64,000 nt of DNA from an uncultured Clostridia bacterium (GTDB taxonomy: Bacteria > Bacillota > Clostridia > TANB77 > CAG-508), in assembly GCA_934177725.1 (NCBI GenBank), contig CAKPPO010000001.1:70820-134819 (forward strand), in the 5' to 3' direction. Under the pieces are notes generated by a model. That model was given only the letters and a program-made list of their open reading frames with translations. It ran no database searches and had not been told where the DNA came from. Made by a program: the position numbers and the translations under genes. Positions 10,337 to 20,250 of this stretch are shown piece by piece; positions within the stretch are counted from its first letter, which is position 1; the number at the start of each line of letters is the position of its first letter.

Positions 10337-11251
10337 ATGCAAGAAAATGAAGAAGTTGCAGTAGTAATGTCAACTTATAATGGAGAAAAATGGATAAAAG
10401 AACAATTGGATAGTATTATAAATCAGACTTATAAAAATATAAAAATTTTTGTAAGAGATGATGGTTCAAAAGATGGAACAGTAAATATTTTAAAAGAATA
10501 TGCCAATAAAGGCCTAATTATATTAGAAGAAGGAAAAAATATTGGGTATATAAAGAGCTTTTTTAAAGTATTAGAAAATGCAAAAGGTTTTAAATATTAT
10601 GCATTTTGCGACCAAGATGATATTTGGATGGAATTTAAAATAGAAAGAGCAGTAGAAAACTTAAATAAAAAAGATAATAATAAAGTTTTAATGTATTTTT
10701 CAGACTATGATTATTATGATGGAGAAATGAACTTTAAAGAACATTTTAAAGGATGGAAAAAAGGCCCTTCATTTAGAAATTCTATTGTAGATGCTATCAC
10801 TTTAGGAACATGTAGTGTTATTAATGAAAATGCAAGAAAGATTATTTTAGAAAATGGAAGCGAAGATATTTGTAGTCATGATTGGTGGACATATTTTGTG
10901 TGTGCAGGGTTAGGAGATGTTATATATGACAAAATAGCTACAATAAAATATAGAAGACATGGAAACAATGTTAGTGCTTGTGGAAAATCTTTTATAAAGC
11001 TTCAAATATATAGAATAAAAAATTTTATATTTGGTGATTATTTTAAAATGGTAAAACTACAAATTCTAAAATTTGATAAGTGTTTTTATAAAGAACTTTC
11101 AGAAGAAAATAAAAAATTATTATCTCTTTTTACGAATAGAAAATATAATTTGAAAATAGCATTAAAAAAAGTGTTTTATCCCAAAATGTTTAGGCAAAAC
11201 ATAATAGATGAAATAATGCTAAGATTTATGTTTTTAATTGGAAAAATTTAA
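10337..11251 (+). CDS. GT2 glycosyltransferase, RgpB/rhamnosyltransferase-like
   Basis: VAVVMSTYNGEKWIKEQLDSIINQTY and CDQDD motifs. Paralog of ORF 2055..3032. Confidence 0.8.
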   Translation: MQENEEVAVVMSTYNGEKWIKEQLDSIINQTYKNIKIFVRDDGSKDGTVNILKEYANKGLIILEEGKNIGYIKSFFKVLENAKGFKYYAFCDQDDIWMEFKIERAVENLNKKDNNKVLMYFSDYDYYDGEMNFKEHFKGWKKGPSFRNSIVDAITLGTCSVINENARKIILENGSEDICSHDWWTYFVCAGLGDVIYDKIATIKYRRHGNNVSACGKSFIKLQIYRIKNFIFGDYFKMVKLQILKFDKCFYKELSEENKKLLSLFTNRKYNLKIALKKVFYPKMFRQNIIDEIMLRFMFLIGKI

Positions 11252-11274
11252 GTTTAGAGAAAAGGAAAAAACAA

Positions 11275-12516
11275 ATGGTAAAAAAATCAGAGTTTATATG
11301 GAATAGTATATCAAGTGTTGTGGCAGCAATGCTTAGTGCAGTGTTACTTTTATTTTGTACAAGAATAAATGGTACTACTGCAGCAGGAATATTTTCAATT
11401 GCATTTGCAACTTCTGTAATTTTAAATGCAATTGGAGATTATGGAATTAGAGTATATCAAGTAACAGATGTAAATAGAAAATATAAATTTGGTGAATACT
11501 TGGCTTTAAGAGTAGTTGTTGTAACAATTATGTTTATAATAGGTATTGCATTTGTAATTATCAGTGGCTATGAATTAGAAAAATTAACTATATGTTTATT
11601 ATTAATTCTATTTCGTGTAATAGATAACTTAAGTGAAACATATCAGGGCGAATTTCAAATACAAGGAAGATTAGACATTGGAAGTAAATCTGTAGTAATT
11701 AGAAATTTAATGGCTATTATAGCATTTCTTATAGCAGATGTTATAACTAAAAATCTTACTATTTCAACATTAGTGCTTTTTGTTACGAATTTAGGATTAT
11801 TTTTATTATATGATTTAAATAAAATAAAAAAATATACAAATGAAAAAATAGATTTTAATGTAAATAGTTTAAAAGTATTATTAAAGGAATGTTTTCCGAT
11901 ATGTATATCAACATTACTTAGTTTATATATAACAAATGCTGTTAAATATGCTATTGATGGTACAGGTGATTATGATATGCAAACATATTATAATATTATA
12001 TATTTACCTACATTTACTATTAATCTAGCTAGCATGTTTATAATAAAACCTATGTTTAAAGCATTTGGTGAATATTGGAACGGCGGAAAAATAAAAGAAT
12101 TTACAAGAACTATTGCTATTTTAATATTATTGATAGTAATACTTACAATATTAGTTGAAGTAGTTTGCTTCTTCATAGGTATACCAATTTTAAATTTAAT
12201 ATATGGAGTTAATTTAAATGAATATAAAATAGATTTACTTATATTAGTATTATCTGGATGCTTTTATGCAATATCAATATTAATGCTAAGTGTATCTACA
12301 ACCATAAGAAAGCAAAAAGTAACAACATACATATATATAATATCATCTATAGTTGCATTAATTGTGCCAAAAATGTTAATTAAGGGTATGGGTATGAGAG
12401 GCGCAAGTATTTCAAATGTTATCATAACAATTGTTCTAGCGGTGTTATTAAGTTTAGTATATATAAAAGAAGCATATACAAAAAGAAAAGGAGTTAAAAC
12501 CATTGGAAAGAATTAA
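11275..12516 (+). CDS. Polysaccharide flippase, MOP/Wzx-like
   Basis: 413 aa with ~12 hydrophobic helices, located in a glycan locus. The family assignment is by architecture only. Confidence 0.6.
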   Translation: MVKKSEFIWNSISSVVAAMLSAVLLLFCTRINGTTAAGIFSIAFATSVILNAIGDYGIRVYQVTDVNRKYKFGEYLALRVVVVTIMFIIGIAFVIISGYELEKLTICLLLILFRVIDNLSETYQGEFQIQGRLDIGSKSVVIRNLMAIIAFLIADVITKNLTISTLVLFVTNLGLFLLYDLNKIKKYTNEKIDFNVNSLKVLLKECFPICISTLLSLYITNAVKYAIDGTGDYDMQTYYNIIYLPTFTINLASMFIIKPMFKAFGEYWNGGKIKEFTRTIAILILLIVILTILVEVVCFFIGIPILNLIYGVNLNEYKIDLLILVLSGCFYAISILMLSVSTTIRKQKVTTYIYIISSIVALIVPKMLIKGMGMRGASISNVIITIVLAVLLSLVYIKEAYTKRKGVKTIGKN

Positions 12517-12582
12517 CATTGAATTTGTATATACAAGTATAGTATACTAAAAATATAAAGAAAAGTGTTTAAGGGGGATTAT

Positions 12583-14214
12583 ATGAGAAAAGCTATTAAA
12601 AAAATTATTTGGATAGTTACTTTCTTTACAATTTTATTTTTGGCTATATATCCTAACTTTATAAAAAGCTATGCGGCTACATCAGAAAATGTATCAATAG
12701 TGTATTATTCACATGTTCAAAATATTGGCTGGGAACAAGAATATTCTAAAAAAGATGGTCAATTGTCAGGAACAGAAGGAAAAAGTTTGAGACTAGAAGC
12801 TATGAAAATTAATTTAAAAAATGCACCAAGTGGTTTAAAAATTAAATATCAAGCTCATGTTCAAAACGTAGGTTGGCAAGGTTGGAAAGAAAATGGACAA
12901 ACATCAGGAACAGAAGGTAAAAATTTAAGATTAGAAGCTATAAAGATAAATTTAGAAGGAACAAAAAAGTATAAAATACAATATAGAGTACATATACAAA
13001 ATATAGGTTGGCAGGAATGGAAAGAAGATGGACAAGTAGCGGGTACAGAAGGAAAAAGCTTGAGAATAGAAGCTATTCAAATAAAAATTGTTCCAGTAAA
13101 AAATATATCAGTAGAATATAACTCTCATGTTTCAATGATAGGTTGGGAAAATGATTATTCTAGAATAAATGGACATACATCAGGAACAACAGGCAAATCA
13201 CTTGGAATAGAAGCACTTAAAATTAGACTAAAAGGAGTAGATAATACAGCAAATATACAATATCAAGCCCATGTTCAAACTGTAGGTTGGCAAGATTGGA
13301 AAAATGAAGAACAAATTGCAGGAACTACAGGAAGAAGTTTGAATGTAGAGGCAATAAAAATAAAGCTAAACAATATGCCAAATTATAGTGTTAAATATAG
13401 AGTGCATGTACAAAATATAGGATGGCAAGAATGGAAATCAGATGGACAAGTTGCAGGAACTACAGGAAGAAATTTGAAAATAGAAGCAATTGAAATAAAG
13501 ATTGTTGACAAAATTCAAAATACAACCCAAAAAGGTATAGATGTATCTACATACCAAGATACAATAGATTGGAAAAAAGTTAAAGAAAACGGCGTAGAGT
13601 TTGCTATGATAAGGGCAGGAATTAGAGGATATGGAGTATCTTCAGATGGAATAAATGGAAAGCTAGTACAAGATTCTAAATTTGTAGAAAATATTAATGG
13701 AGCCATAAACAATAATATAGAAGTTGGGGTATACTTCTTTTCTCAAGCAATAAATGAGCAAGAAGCTATAGAAGAAGCAAATTTTACATTGAATTTAATT
13801 AAAAAATACAAAATTACATATCCTATAGCCATAGATACTGAAGAATCTTCTCATCCAAATAAATTAGGAAGAGCAGATAATTTAACAGTAGAGCAAAGAA
13901 CAAAAGTAGTAAAAGCATTCTGTGAAACAATAGAAAAAGCAGGATATGAGCCAATGATATATGCAAATAAATGGTGGCTAAAAGAAAAATTAGATATGAG
14001 TAAATTATCATCATATTCTATATGGCTTGCACATTATACAGGAGCAACACAAGATGATCCTTTAGCTAAACCATCTGATTATGAAGGAAAATACATTATG
14101 TGGCAATATACTGATAAAGGTACAGTAGATGGAATAATTGGAAATGTAGATATGAATGTTGGTTATAAATCAAGAATGTTAAGTGCAAATAAAGAAGTAC
14201 AAATTATATATTAA
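12583..14214 (+). CDS. Secreted GH25 muramidase (lysozyme/autolysin) with six N-terminal ChW repeats
   Basis: Start taken at the ATG after AAGGGGG. Signal peptide present. Six ~46-aa repeats Y..HVQNIGWQ.W..DGQ.AGT.G..L.IEAI.I.I (ChW). The C-terminal GIDVSTYQDTIDWKKVKENGVEFAMIRAG and AIDTEE motifs are GH25. Confidence 0.85.
   Translation: MRKAIKKIIWIVTFFTILFLAIYPNFIKSYAATSENVSIVYYSHVQNIGWEQEYSKKDGQLSGTEGKSLRLEAMKINLKNAPSGLKIKYQAHVQNVGWQGWKENGQTSGTEGKNLRLEAIKINLEGTKKYKIQYRVHIQNIGWQEWKEDGQVAGTEGKSLRIEAIQIKIVPVKNISVEYNSHVSMIGWENDYSRINGHTSGTTGKSLGIEALKIRLKGVDNTANIQYQAHVQTVGWQDWKNEEQIAGTTGRSLNVEAIKIKLNNMPNYSVKYRVHVQNIGWQEWKSDGQVAGTTGRNLKIEAIEIKIVDKIQNTTQKGIDVSTYQDTIDWKKVKENGVEFAMIRAGIRGYGVSSDGINGKLVQDSKFVENINGAINNNIEVGVYFFSQAINEQEAIEEANFTLNLIKKYKITYPIAIDTEESSHPNKLGRADNLTVEQRTKVVKAFCETIEKAGYEPMIYANKWWLKEKLDMSKLSSYSIWLAHYTGATQDDPLAKPSDYEGKYIMWQYTDKGTVDGIIGNVDMNVGYKSRMLSANKEVQIIY
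12691..13510 (+). repeat. Intragenic tandem repeats encoding six ChW modules
   Basis: Recurring nucleotide/peptide unit (catgttcaaaa[ct]rtaggttggcaag...) about every 140 nt inside the muramidase gene. Confidence 0.8.
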
Positions 14215-14241
14215 TAGTTGAAAAAATAAAAAAGTAATGAT

Positions 14242-14280
14242 AAAGTAATAGTGGTATAAGGTACTACTATTACTTTTTTG
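14242..14280 (+). terminator. Rho-independent terminator after the muramidase gene
   Basis: aaagtaatagtgg / ctactattacttt stem followed by a T-run. Confidence 0.7.
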
Positions 14281-14302
14281 TACCTTAAGAAGGGAGAAAG
14301 AA

Positions 14303-15409
14303 ATGAAAAAATATGATTATTTAATAGTTGGAGCAGGTTTATTTGGAGCAACTTTTGCATATGAAATGACCAAAAGAAATAAAAAATGTTTAGTAATAGA
14401 CAGAAGAAATCATATTGGAGGAAATATTTACTGTGAAAAAATTAATAATATAAATGTACATAAATATGGTGCACATATATTTCATACTAGTGATAAAGAA
14501 ATATGGAACTATGTTAATCAATTTGCAGAATTTAATAATTATATAAATTCACCAATCGCAAATTATAAAGGAGAATTGTACAATTTGCCTTTTAATATGA
14601 ATACTTTTTCAAAATTATGGGGAATTGTAACTCCTAAGCAAGCAAAAGAAAAAATAGAAGAACAAAAACAAAAATATGGAGTAGAAAATCCTACAAATTT
14701 AGAAGAACAAGCTATTTCTTTAGTTGGAAAAGATATATATGAAAAATTGGTAAAAGAATATACTGAAAAACAATGGGGAAGAGATTGCAAAGAACTACCA
14801 GCATTTATTATAAAACGTCTACCAGTAAGATTTACTTTTAATAATAATTATTTCAATGATAGATACCAAGGAATTCCAATTGGAGGATATAATATAATAA
14901 TAGAAAAAATGTTAGAAAAATGTGATATAGAACTTAATGCTGACTATTTAAAAAATAAAGAAAAATACAATGAACTTGCAGAAAAAGTTTTATATACAGG
15001 TATGATTGATGAATTCTTTGGCTACAAATTAGGAAACTTAGAATATAGATCATTAAAATTTGAAAATGAAATATATGAAGATGTAGATAATTATCAAGGG
15101 GTAGCAGTTGTAAATTATACTAGTCATAATGAAAAGTATACAAGAATTATAGAACATAAACATTTTGAATTTAATGATTGCAAAGGAACTATTATAACAA
15201 AAGAATATCCAAGAGATTGGAAACTAGGAGATGAAGCATATTATCCAGTAAATGATGAAAAAAATACAAAATTATTTGAACAATATAAAGAATTAGCAAA
15301 AGAAAATAAAAATGTTATATTTGGTGGAAGACTAGGAAATTACAAATATTATGACATGGATAAAGTTATAAGAGCTAGTTTAGATTTAGTTAAAGAGGAA
15401 AATTACTAA
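14303..15409 (+). CDS. glf: UDP-galactopyranose mutase
   Basis: YDYLIVGAGLFGATFA FAD-binding N-terminus, HKYGAHIFHT, and GRLGNYKYYDMD at the C-terminus. Confidence 0.92.
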   Translation: MKKYDYLIVGAGLFGATFAYEMTKRNKKCLVIDRRNHIGGNIYCEKINNINVHKYGAHIFHTSDKEIWNYVNQFAEFNNYINSPIANYKGELYNLPFNMNTFSKLWGIVTPKQAKEKIEEQKQKYGVENPTNLEEQAISLVGKDIYEKLVKEYTEKQWGRDCKELPAFIIKRLPVRFTFNNNYFNDRYQGIPIGGYNIIIEKMLEKCDIELNADYLKNKEKYNELAEKVLYTGMIDEFFGYKLGNLEYRSLKFENEIYEDVDNYQGVAVVNYTSHNEKYTRIIEHKHFEFNDCKGTIITKEYPRDWKLGDEAYYPVNDEKNTKLFEQYKELAKENKNVIFGGRLGNYKYYDMDKVIRASLDLVKEENY

Positions 15410-15480
15410 AAATTTGACATTTTTCGAAATAAGGTATATCTTATAATATATAAAATTGTAGAAAGGAAGGAAAAATCTTT

Positions 15481-16338
15481 ATGAAAATTTTAATTACAGG
15501 AGCTAATGGGATGCTTGCAAAAGCAGTAAGGGAGAGATTCAAAGAACATGAACTAATCCTAACTGACGTAGTTGGAACAGAGCTTTCTTTAGATATTACA
15601 AATCTTAAAGAAGTAGAAGAGTTTGTATCTAATATTAAGCCAGATGTTATTATCAATTGCGCAGCATATACTGCTGTTGACAAGGCTGAAGAAGAGGAAG
15701 ATTTGGCAAGAAAAATAAATGCCGATGGCCCAAAGAATTTAGCAATTGCAGCAAACAAAAATAACTGCAGATTAGTTCATATCAGTACGGACTATGTTTT
15801 TGGCGGAGATTTATCTTTAGATGAAATCTACAAAGAAGATGATTCAAAAGCGCCTGTAACTGCATATGGAAGAACAAAGTTGGCAGGAGAAAAAGCCATT
15901 GAGGAAAACACTGAAAGATTTTACATTTTCAGAACAGCTTGGCTTTATGGAGATGGCAAGAATTTTGTAAGAACAATGCTTAAGTTCGGAAAAGAAAAAG
16001 ATGAAGTAAAGGTTGTTTGTGACCAACATGGTAGCCCAACATATGCTGTAGATTTGGCAGACATTATCTATCAGGCATTAGAAAAGAAAATTCCTTATGG
16101 TATTTACCATACGACTAATTTAGGTTTTACAACATGGTATGAGTTTACTAAAAAGATTTATGAATTAGCTGGAATTTCTTGCAGAGTAAATCCTGTAACT
16201 TCAGAAGAATTTGCTAGTGCTGCTAAGAGACCTGCAAATTCAATGCTTTCAAAAGAAAAGATTTTAAATGCAGGAATTGCTGTTCCTTCATGGGAAGATG
16301 CCTTAGAAAGGTATTTAAAAGAAGAAAAAGAAATTTAA
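15481..16338 (+). CDS. rmlD: dTDP-4-dehydrorhamnose reductase
   Basis: MKILITGANGMLA, NCAAYTAVDKAE, STDYVF and YGRTKLAGE motifs. 285 aa. Confidence 0.9.
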   Translation: MKILITGANGMLAKAVRERFKEHELILTDVVGTELSLDITNLKEVEEFVSNIKPDVIINCAAYTAVDKAEEEEDLARKINADGPKNLAIAANKNNCRLVHISTDYVFGGDLSLDEIYKEDDSKAPVTAYGRTKLAGEKAIEENTERFYIFRTAWLYGDGKNFVRTMLKFGKEKDEVKVVCDQHGSPTYAVDLADIIYQALEKKIPYGIYHTTNLGFTTWYEFTKKIYELAGISCRVNPVTSEEFASAAKRPANSMLSKEKILNAGIAVPSWEDALERYLKEEKEI

Positions 16339-16341
16339 AAC

Positions 16342-16386
16342 AAAAAATGAGATTTTTGAAGAGATTTTCAAAAATCTCATTTTTTA
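16342..16386 (+). terminator. Rho-independent terminator after rmlD
   Basis: Perfect 17-bp stem aaaatgagatttttgaa / ttcaaaaatctcatttt followed by a T-run. Confidence 0.85.
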
Positions 16387-16442
16387 TATTGTAAGATTAA
16401 TGCCTAGTTATAGAAAATTTAGAAAAATGGCAAAGTAAGGTA

Positions 16443-16471
16443 TTGACTAATAAGTAAAGTATTGCTAAAAT
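16443..16471 (+). promoter_or_regulatory. Sigma-A-type promoter for the pilin-like gene
   Basis: TTGACT, 17-nt spacer, TAAAAT. Lies ~120 nt upstream of ATG 16592. Confidence 0.5.
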
Positions 16472-16591
16472 GATTCTATAAAATAGTAGACACTTATAAA
16501 CATAAAATTGTATAAATATGCAAAAATAGAAAAAAGCAAGGAATAAAACCAAAAGAAAAAGCAGAAAATACACAAAGGAGGATAAAATTAA

Positions 16592-17902
16592 ATGAAAAAA
16601 CAAGAGAAAAATGAGAGAGAAAACCTAAATAAAAAGAAAAATGTAATAATACCAAATGATGAAAAAGGTATAACATTAATAGCATTAGTTATAACGATAA
16701 TAGTACTTATAATATTAGCAGGAGTAAGTATAAATTTAATACTAGGTGACAATGGAATAATAACAAGAGCAAAGCTTGCTAAAACAAAAATAGAGCAAGC
16801 AAAACAAAATGAAGAAATAGGTTTAAATGAAACTGCAAAATATATTGAAGAAATGGGAGCAAGTGGAAATACAACAAATCCGCCAACAGAGATAAAAGAA
16901 ATAACAGAAGTAAAAGGTGGAGATTACTTTGAAAAAACAACAACAGTAAAAGATACCAATGGAAACTTAGTAAAAGTACCAGAAGGCTTTAAAATAGCAG
17001 AAGATAGTGGAATAAATGTAACTGAAGGAATAGTAATAGAAGATAGTGATATTATTGATGGTATTGGAAATAATAGAGGAAACCAATATGTATGGATACC
17101 AGTAGGAAATGGAATAAAGAAAAGTGATGGTACAGCAGTAGATATAACATTAGGAAGATATACGTTTGCAAATGGAACAAGTGATAAAGACTCAAGTGAA
17201 AATGTATTTACAAAAGGAACACCAATATTGCAACAAAGTGCAGGTAATTATACACAAGAAGTAGTAATTGATTCATATTATAAAGAATTAGCAACATCAA
17301 GAATAGGAGTAGCAATTTATAGTACTGATGGTTTAAACACAACAGCTTTAAATCTAAAAGAATTTATAGATAGTGTGAAAGCAAATGGAGGATATTATAT
17401 AGCACGTTACGAGGCAAGTTATGGAACAGATGGAAAAGCAAATTCAAAAATTTCAAATAGTTATTCAGAAACAACACCAACTGCAGAAGGAACTTTATGG
17501 AATAATATAACACAAATAGATTCTGCAACAGCAAGTAGAAATTTATATACAACAGTAAGCAGTGATTTAATAAATAGTTATGCATGGGATACAGCAATAG
17601 TATATATTCAAAATTTCTCAGGAGATGTAGACTATTCATATCAAGATGCAAAAAGTATAAATTCTTCATTAACAAATACAGGAGTAAATAGAGATGAGGT
17701 ATGTAAAATAAATGATATGGCCTCAAATGCTTTAGAATGGACAACAGAATACTCTACTATTACCATTAAATCTGTTGCTCAACCTTGCTCTGATAGGGGT
17801 GGCGTTTACCATTCTAGCAGTAGTTGTACAAGCACTCGTGACTGCGTTTATGCAACAAATAGCAACGGATATCGCACATTTAGGTCTACACTTTATATGT
17901 AG
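16592..17902 (+). CDS. Prepilin-like N-terminal anchor fused to an FGE/SUMF1-like (C-type-lectin-fold) domain protein
   Basis: Strong RBS AAAGGAGG. N-terminus KG|ITLIALVITIIVLIILAGVSINLILGDNGIITRAKLAK resembles a pseudopilin leader plus hydrophobic helix, with Ala rather than Glu at +5. The C-terminal motifs NSYAWDTAIVY, ASNALEWTTEYS and SDRGGVY resemble the FGE-sulfatase domain. Confidence 0.55.
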   Translation: MKKQEKNERENLNKKKNVIIPNDEKGITLIALVITIIVLIILAGVSINLILGDNGIITRAKLAKTKIEQAKQNEEIGLNETAKYIEEMGASGNTTNPPTEIKEITEVKGGDYFEKTTTVKDTNGNLVKVPEGFKIAEDSGINVTEGIVIEDSDIIDGIGNNRGNQYVWIPVGNGIKKSDGTAVDITLGRYTFANGTSDKDSSENVFTKGTPILQQSAGNYTQEVVIDSYYKELATSRIGVAIYSTDGLNTTALNLKEFIDSVKANGGYYIARYEASYGTDGKANSKISNSYSETTPTAEGTLWNNITQIDSATASRNLYTTVSSDLINSYAWDTAIVYIQNFSGDVDYSYQDAKSINSSLTNTGVNRDEVCKINDMASNALEWTTEYSTITIKSVAQPCSDRGGVYHSSSSCTSTRDCVYATNSNGYRTFRSTLYM

Positions 17903-18289
17903 TACTGAGACTTATAAAAATAAACTAGTAATGTAAATTATATACTATATATACCTAAAACTGAGCAAAAATTCTCAAATAAAGTTGAGTAAAGTTGCTC
18001 AGTTTTTTATATCTTCTTTTATTATAATTTGCTTACATTTTCTACAGCATAAACAAAAAATCCTCTGTATTAATAATGAATTTTTATGAAAATATTAGCA
18101 AGCCTAAAGTAATCGATAAATTATGTTTAAAAGATTAAAATAAAAAATAGAAACAAATATTAATATCAAGAATTGTTTTTAGTTTAGAAATTGAAAGTAA
18201 AAAAATATAAATTTAAGTAAATATGTTGAAAAATACTATAAACAATGATATTATAAGAATGTCAAAATAATGTAAAGGAATGATCTAGA

Positions 18290-19177
18290 ATGAAAAAAAG
18301 AAAAGGAATAATACTTGCAGGAGGAAGTGCAACAAGATTATACCCATTAACACTTGCTATCTCTAAACAAATAATGCCAGTATATGATAAACCAATGATA
18401 TATTATCCTTTAGCAATACTTATGGAAGCAGGGATAAAAGATGTATTAATAATATCTACACCAAGAGATATTGTTACATTTGAAGCATTACTTGGAGATG
18501 GTTCAAAATGGGGAATGCATTTTGAATATAAAATTCAAGAAAAACCAAGAGGACTTGCAGAAGCATTTTTAATAGGAGAAGAATTTATAGGAAAAGATGA
18601 TGTTGCAATGATACTTGGAGATAATATGTTCTATGGAGAACGTTTATCTAAGATATTAAAAAGAGCAAATAGCAGAGAAGAAGCTACTATTTTTGGATAT
18701 TTAGTAAAAGACCCTACAGCATATGGTGTTGTAGAAATAGATGAAGAAGGAAGGGCAATATCTATAGAAGAAAAGCCTAATATTCCAAAATCTAATTATG
18801 CTGTGCCAGGTTTATATTTCTATCCTAATAGCGTAATTGAAATTGCAAAAAATGTAAAACCATCTGCAAGAGGCGAACTAGAAATAACTTCTATTAATGA
18901 AGAATATATGAAACAAGGTAAGCTAAATGTAGAAAAATTAGGAAGAGGAACAACTTGGTTTGATACAGGAACACATGATGCACTTTTAGAAACAGCAAGT
19001 TTTGTTCAAACAATAGAAAAAAGACAAGGACTTCAAGTTTGCTCACCAGATGAAATTGCATATTTAAATAAATGGATTTCAAAAGAACAATTATTAGAAT
19101 TAGCAAAACCACTTGAAAAAACAGAATATGGAAAATACTTAAAGGATTTAGCAGAAAACGGTTTTAAAGACAACTAA
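18290..19177 (+). CDS. rmlA: Glucose-1-phosphate thymidylyltransferase
   Basis: [21 protein letters not shown] and EKP motifs. 295 aa. Confidence 0.93.
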   Translation: MKKRKGIILAGGSATRLYPLTLAISKQIMPVYDKPMIYYPLAILMEAGIKDVLIISTPRDIVTFEALLGDGSKWGMHFEYKIQEKPRGLAEAFLIGEEFIGKDDVAMILGDNMFYGERLSKILKRANSREEATIFGYLVKDPTAYGVVEIDEEGRAISIEEKPNIPKSNYAVPGLYFYPNSVIEIAKNVKPSARGELEITSINEEYMKQGKLNVEKLGRGTTWFDTGTHDALLETASFVQTIEKRQGLQVCSPDEIAYLNKWISKEQLLELAKPLEKTEYGKYLKDLAENGFKDN

Positions 19178-19258
19178 ATATAAAAATTAAACATAATGTA
19201 TTAAATAAAAAATGATTATATAAAATAAGAATTGAGTAATTTAAAGGAGGAATTTAAA

Positions 19259-20224
19259 ATGAAAAATATATTAGTAACAGGAGCTGCAGGTTTTATAGGA
19301 GCAAATTTTGCAGAGTATTTTGTAAATAAATACCCAGAATACCATATTGTAGTAGTAGATAAACTAACATATGCAGGAAATATGGAAAACTTAAAAAATG
19401 TAATAGACAAAATAGATTTTGAACAAGCAGATATATGTGATTTTGAAAGAATGACAGAAATATTTGATAAATATGATATAGATGGTGTAATCCATTTCGC
19501 AGCAGAAAGTCACGTAGATAATAGTATAAAAACACCATTTATATTTACACAAACTAATGTATTAGGAACACATACATTATTAGAAGTTGCAAAAAGAAAA
19601 TGGGGAGAAGGTTCACCAAATAAATTTATGCATATTTCAACAGATGAAGTATATGGAGCATTAGGAGACGAAGGATATTTTACAGAAACATCACCAATAA
19701 AACCAAGTAGTCCATACTCAGCATCTAAAGCAAGTTCAGATTTATTAGTAAAAGCATATCATGAAACATTCAAAATGAATGTAAACATTACAAACTGCTC
19801 AAACAATTATGGTCCATATCAACACAACGAAAAATTAATACCACATATGATTAAGTTAGCATTAAATGATGAACCATTACCAGTTTATGGAACAGGTAAA
19901 AATATTAGAGATTGGTTGTATGTTGAAGACCATTGCGAAGCAATAGATTTAGTATTCCATAAAGGAAGAAATGGTGAAAGATATAATATTGGTGGACACA
20001 ATGAAAAACAAAATATTGAAATTGTTAAACTAATATTAAAACAATTAGGAAAACCAGAAAGTTTAATTACATATGTAGAAGATAGAAAAGGACATGACTG
20101 GCGTTATGCGATAGATCCTACAAAAATAAGTACTGAACTTGGATGGCTTCCAAAAACAAAATTTGAAGATGGTATAGTAAAAACTATAGATTGGTATGTA
20201 AATCATCCAGAATATTTAAAATAG
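19259..20224 (+). CDS. rmlB: dTDP-glucose 4,6-dehydratase
   Basis: Start chosen at the ATG after AAAGGAGG (the track ORF starts at 19232). ILVTGAAGFIGANF and YSASKASSD (YxxxK) motifs. Confidence 0.92.
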   Translation: MKNILVTGAAGFIGANFAEYFVNKYPEYHIVVVDKLTYAGNMENLKNVIDKIDFEQADICDFERMTEIFDKYDIDGVIHFAAESHVDNSIKTPFIFTQTNVLGTHTLLEVAKRKWGEGSPNKFMHISTDEVYGALGDEGYFTETSPIKPSSPYSASKASSDLLVKAYHETFKMNVNITNCSNNYGPYQHNEKLIPHMIKLALNDEPLPVYGTGKNIRDWLYVEDHCEAIDLVFHKGRNGERYNIGGHNEKQNIEIVKLILKQLGKPESLITYVEDRKGHDWRYAIDPTKISTELGWLPKTKFEDGIVKTIDWYVNHPEYLK

Positions 20225-20250
20225 AATTCGAAAGAAAAGGGGAAGTATAA

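Noticed and set aside
12691-13510. Regularly spaced ~140-nt repeats that might suggest a CRISPR-like or satellite array.
   Set aside because: They lie in frame within one long ORF and encode six ChW protein modules. There is no spacer/repeat architecture and there are no cas genes.
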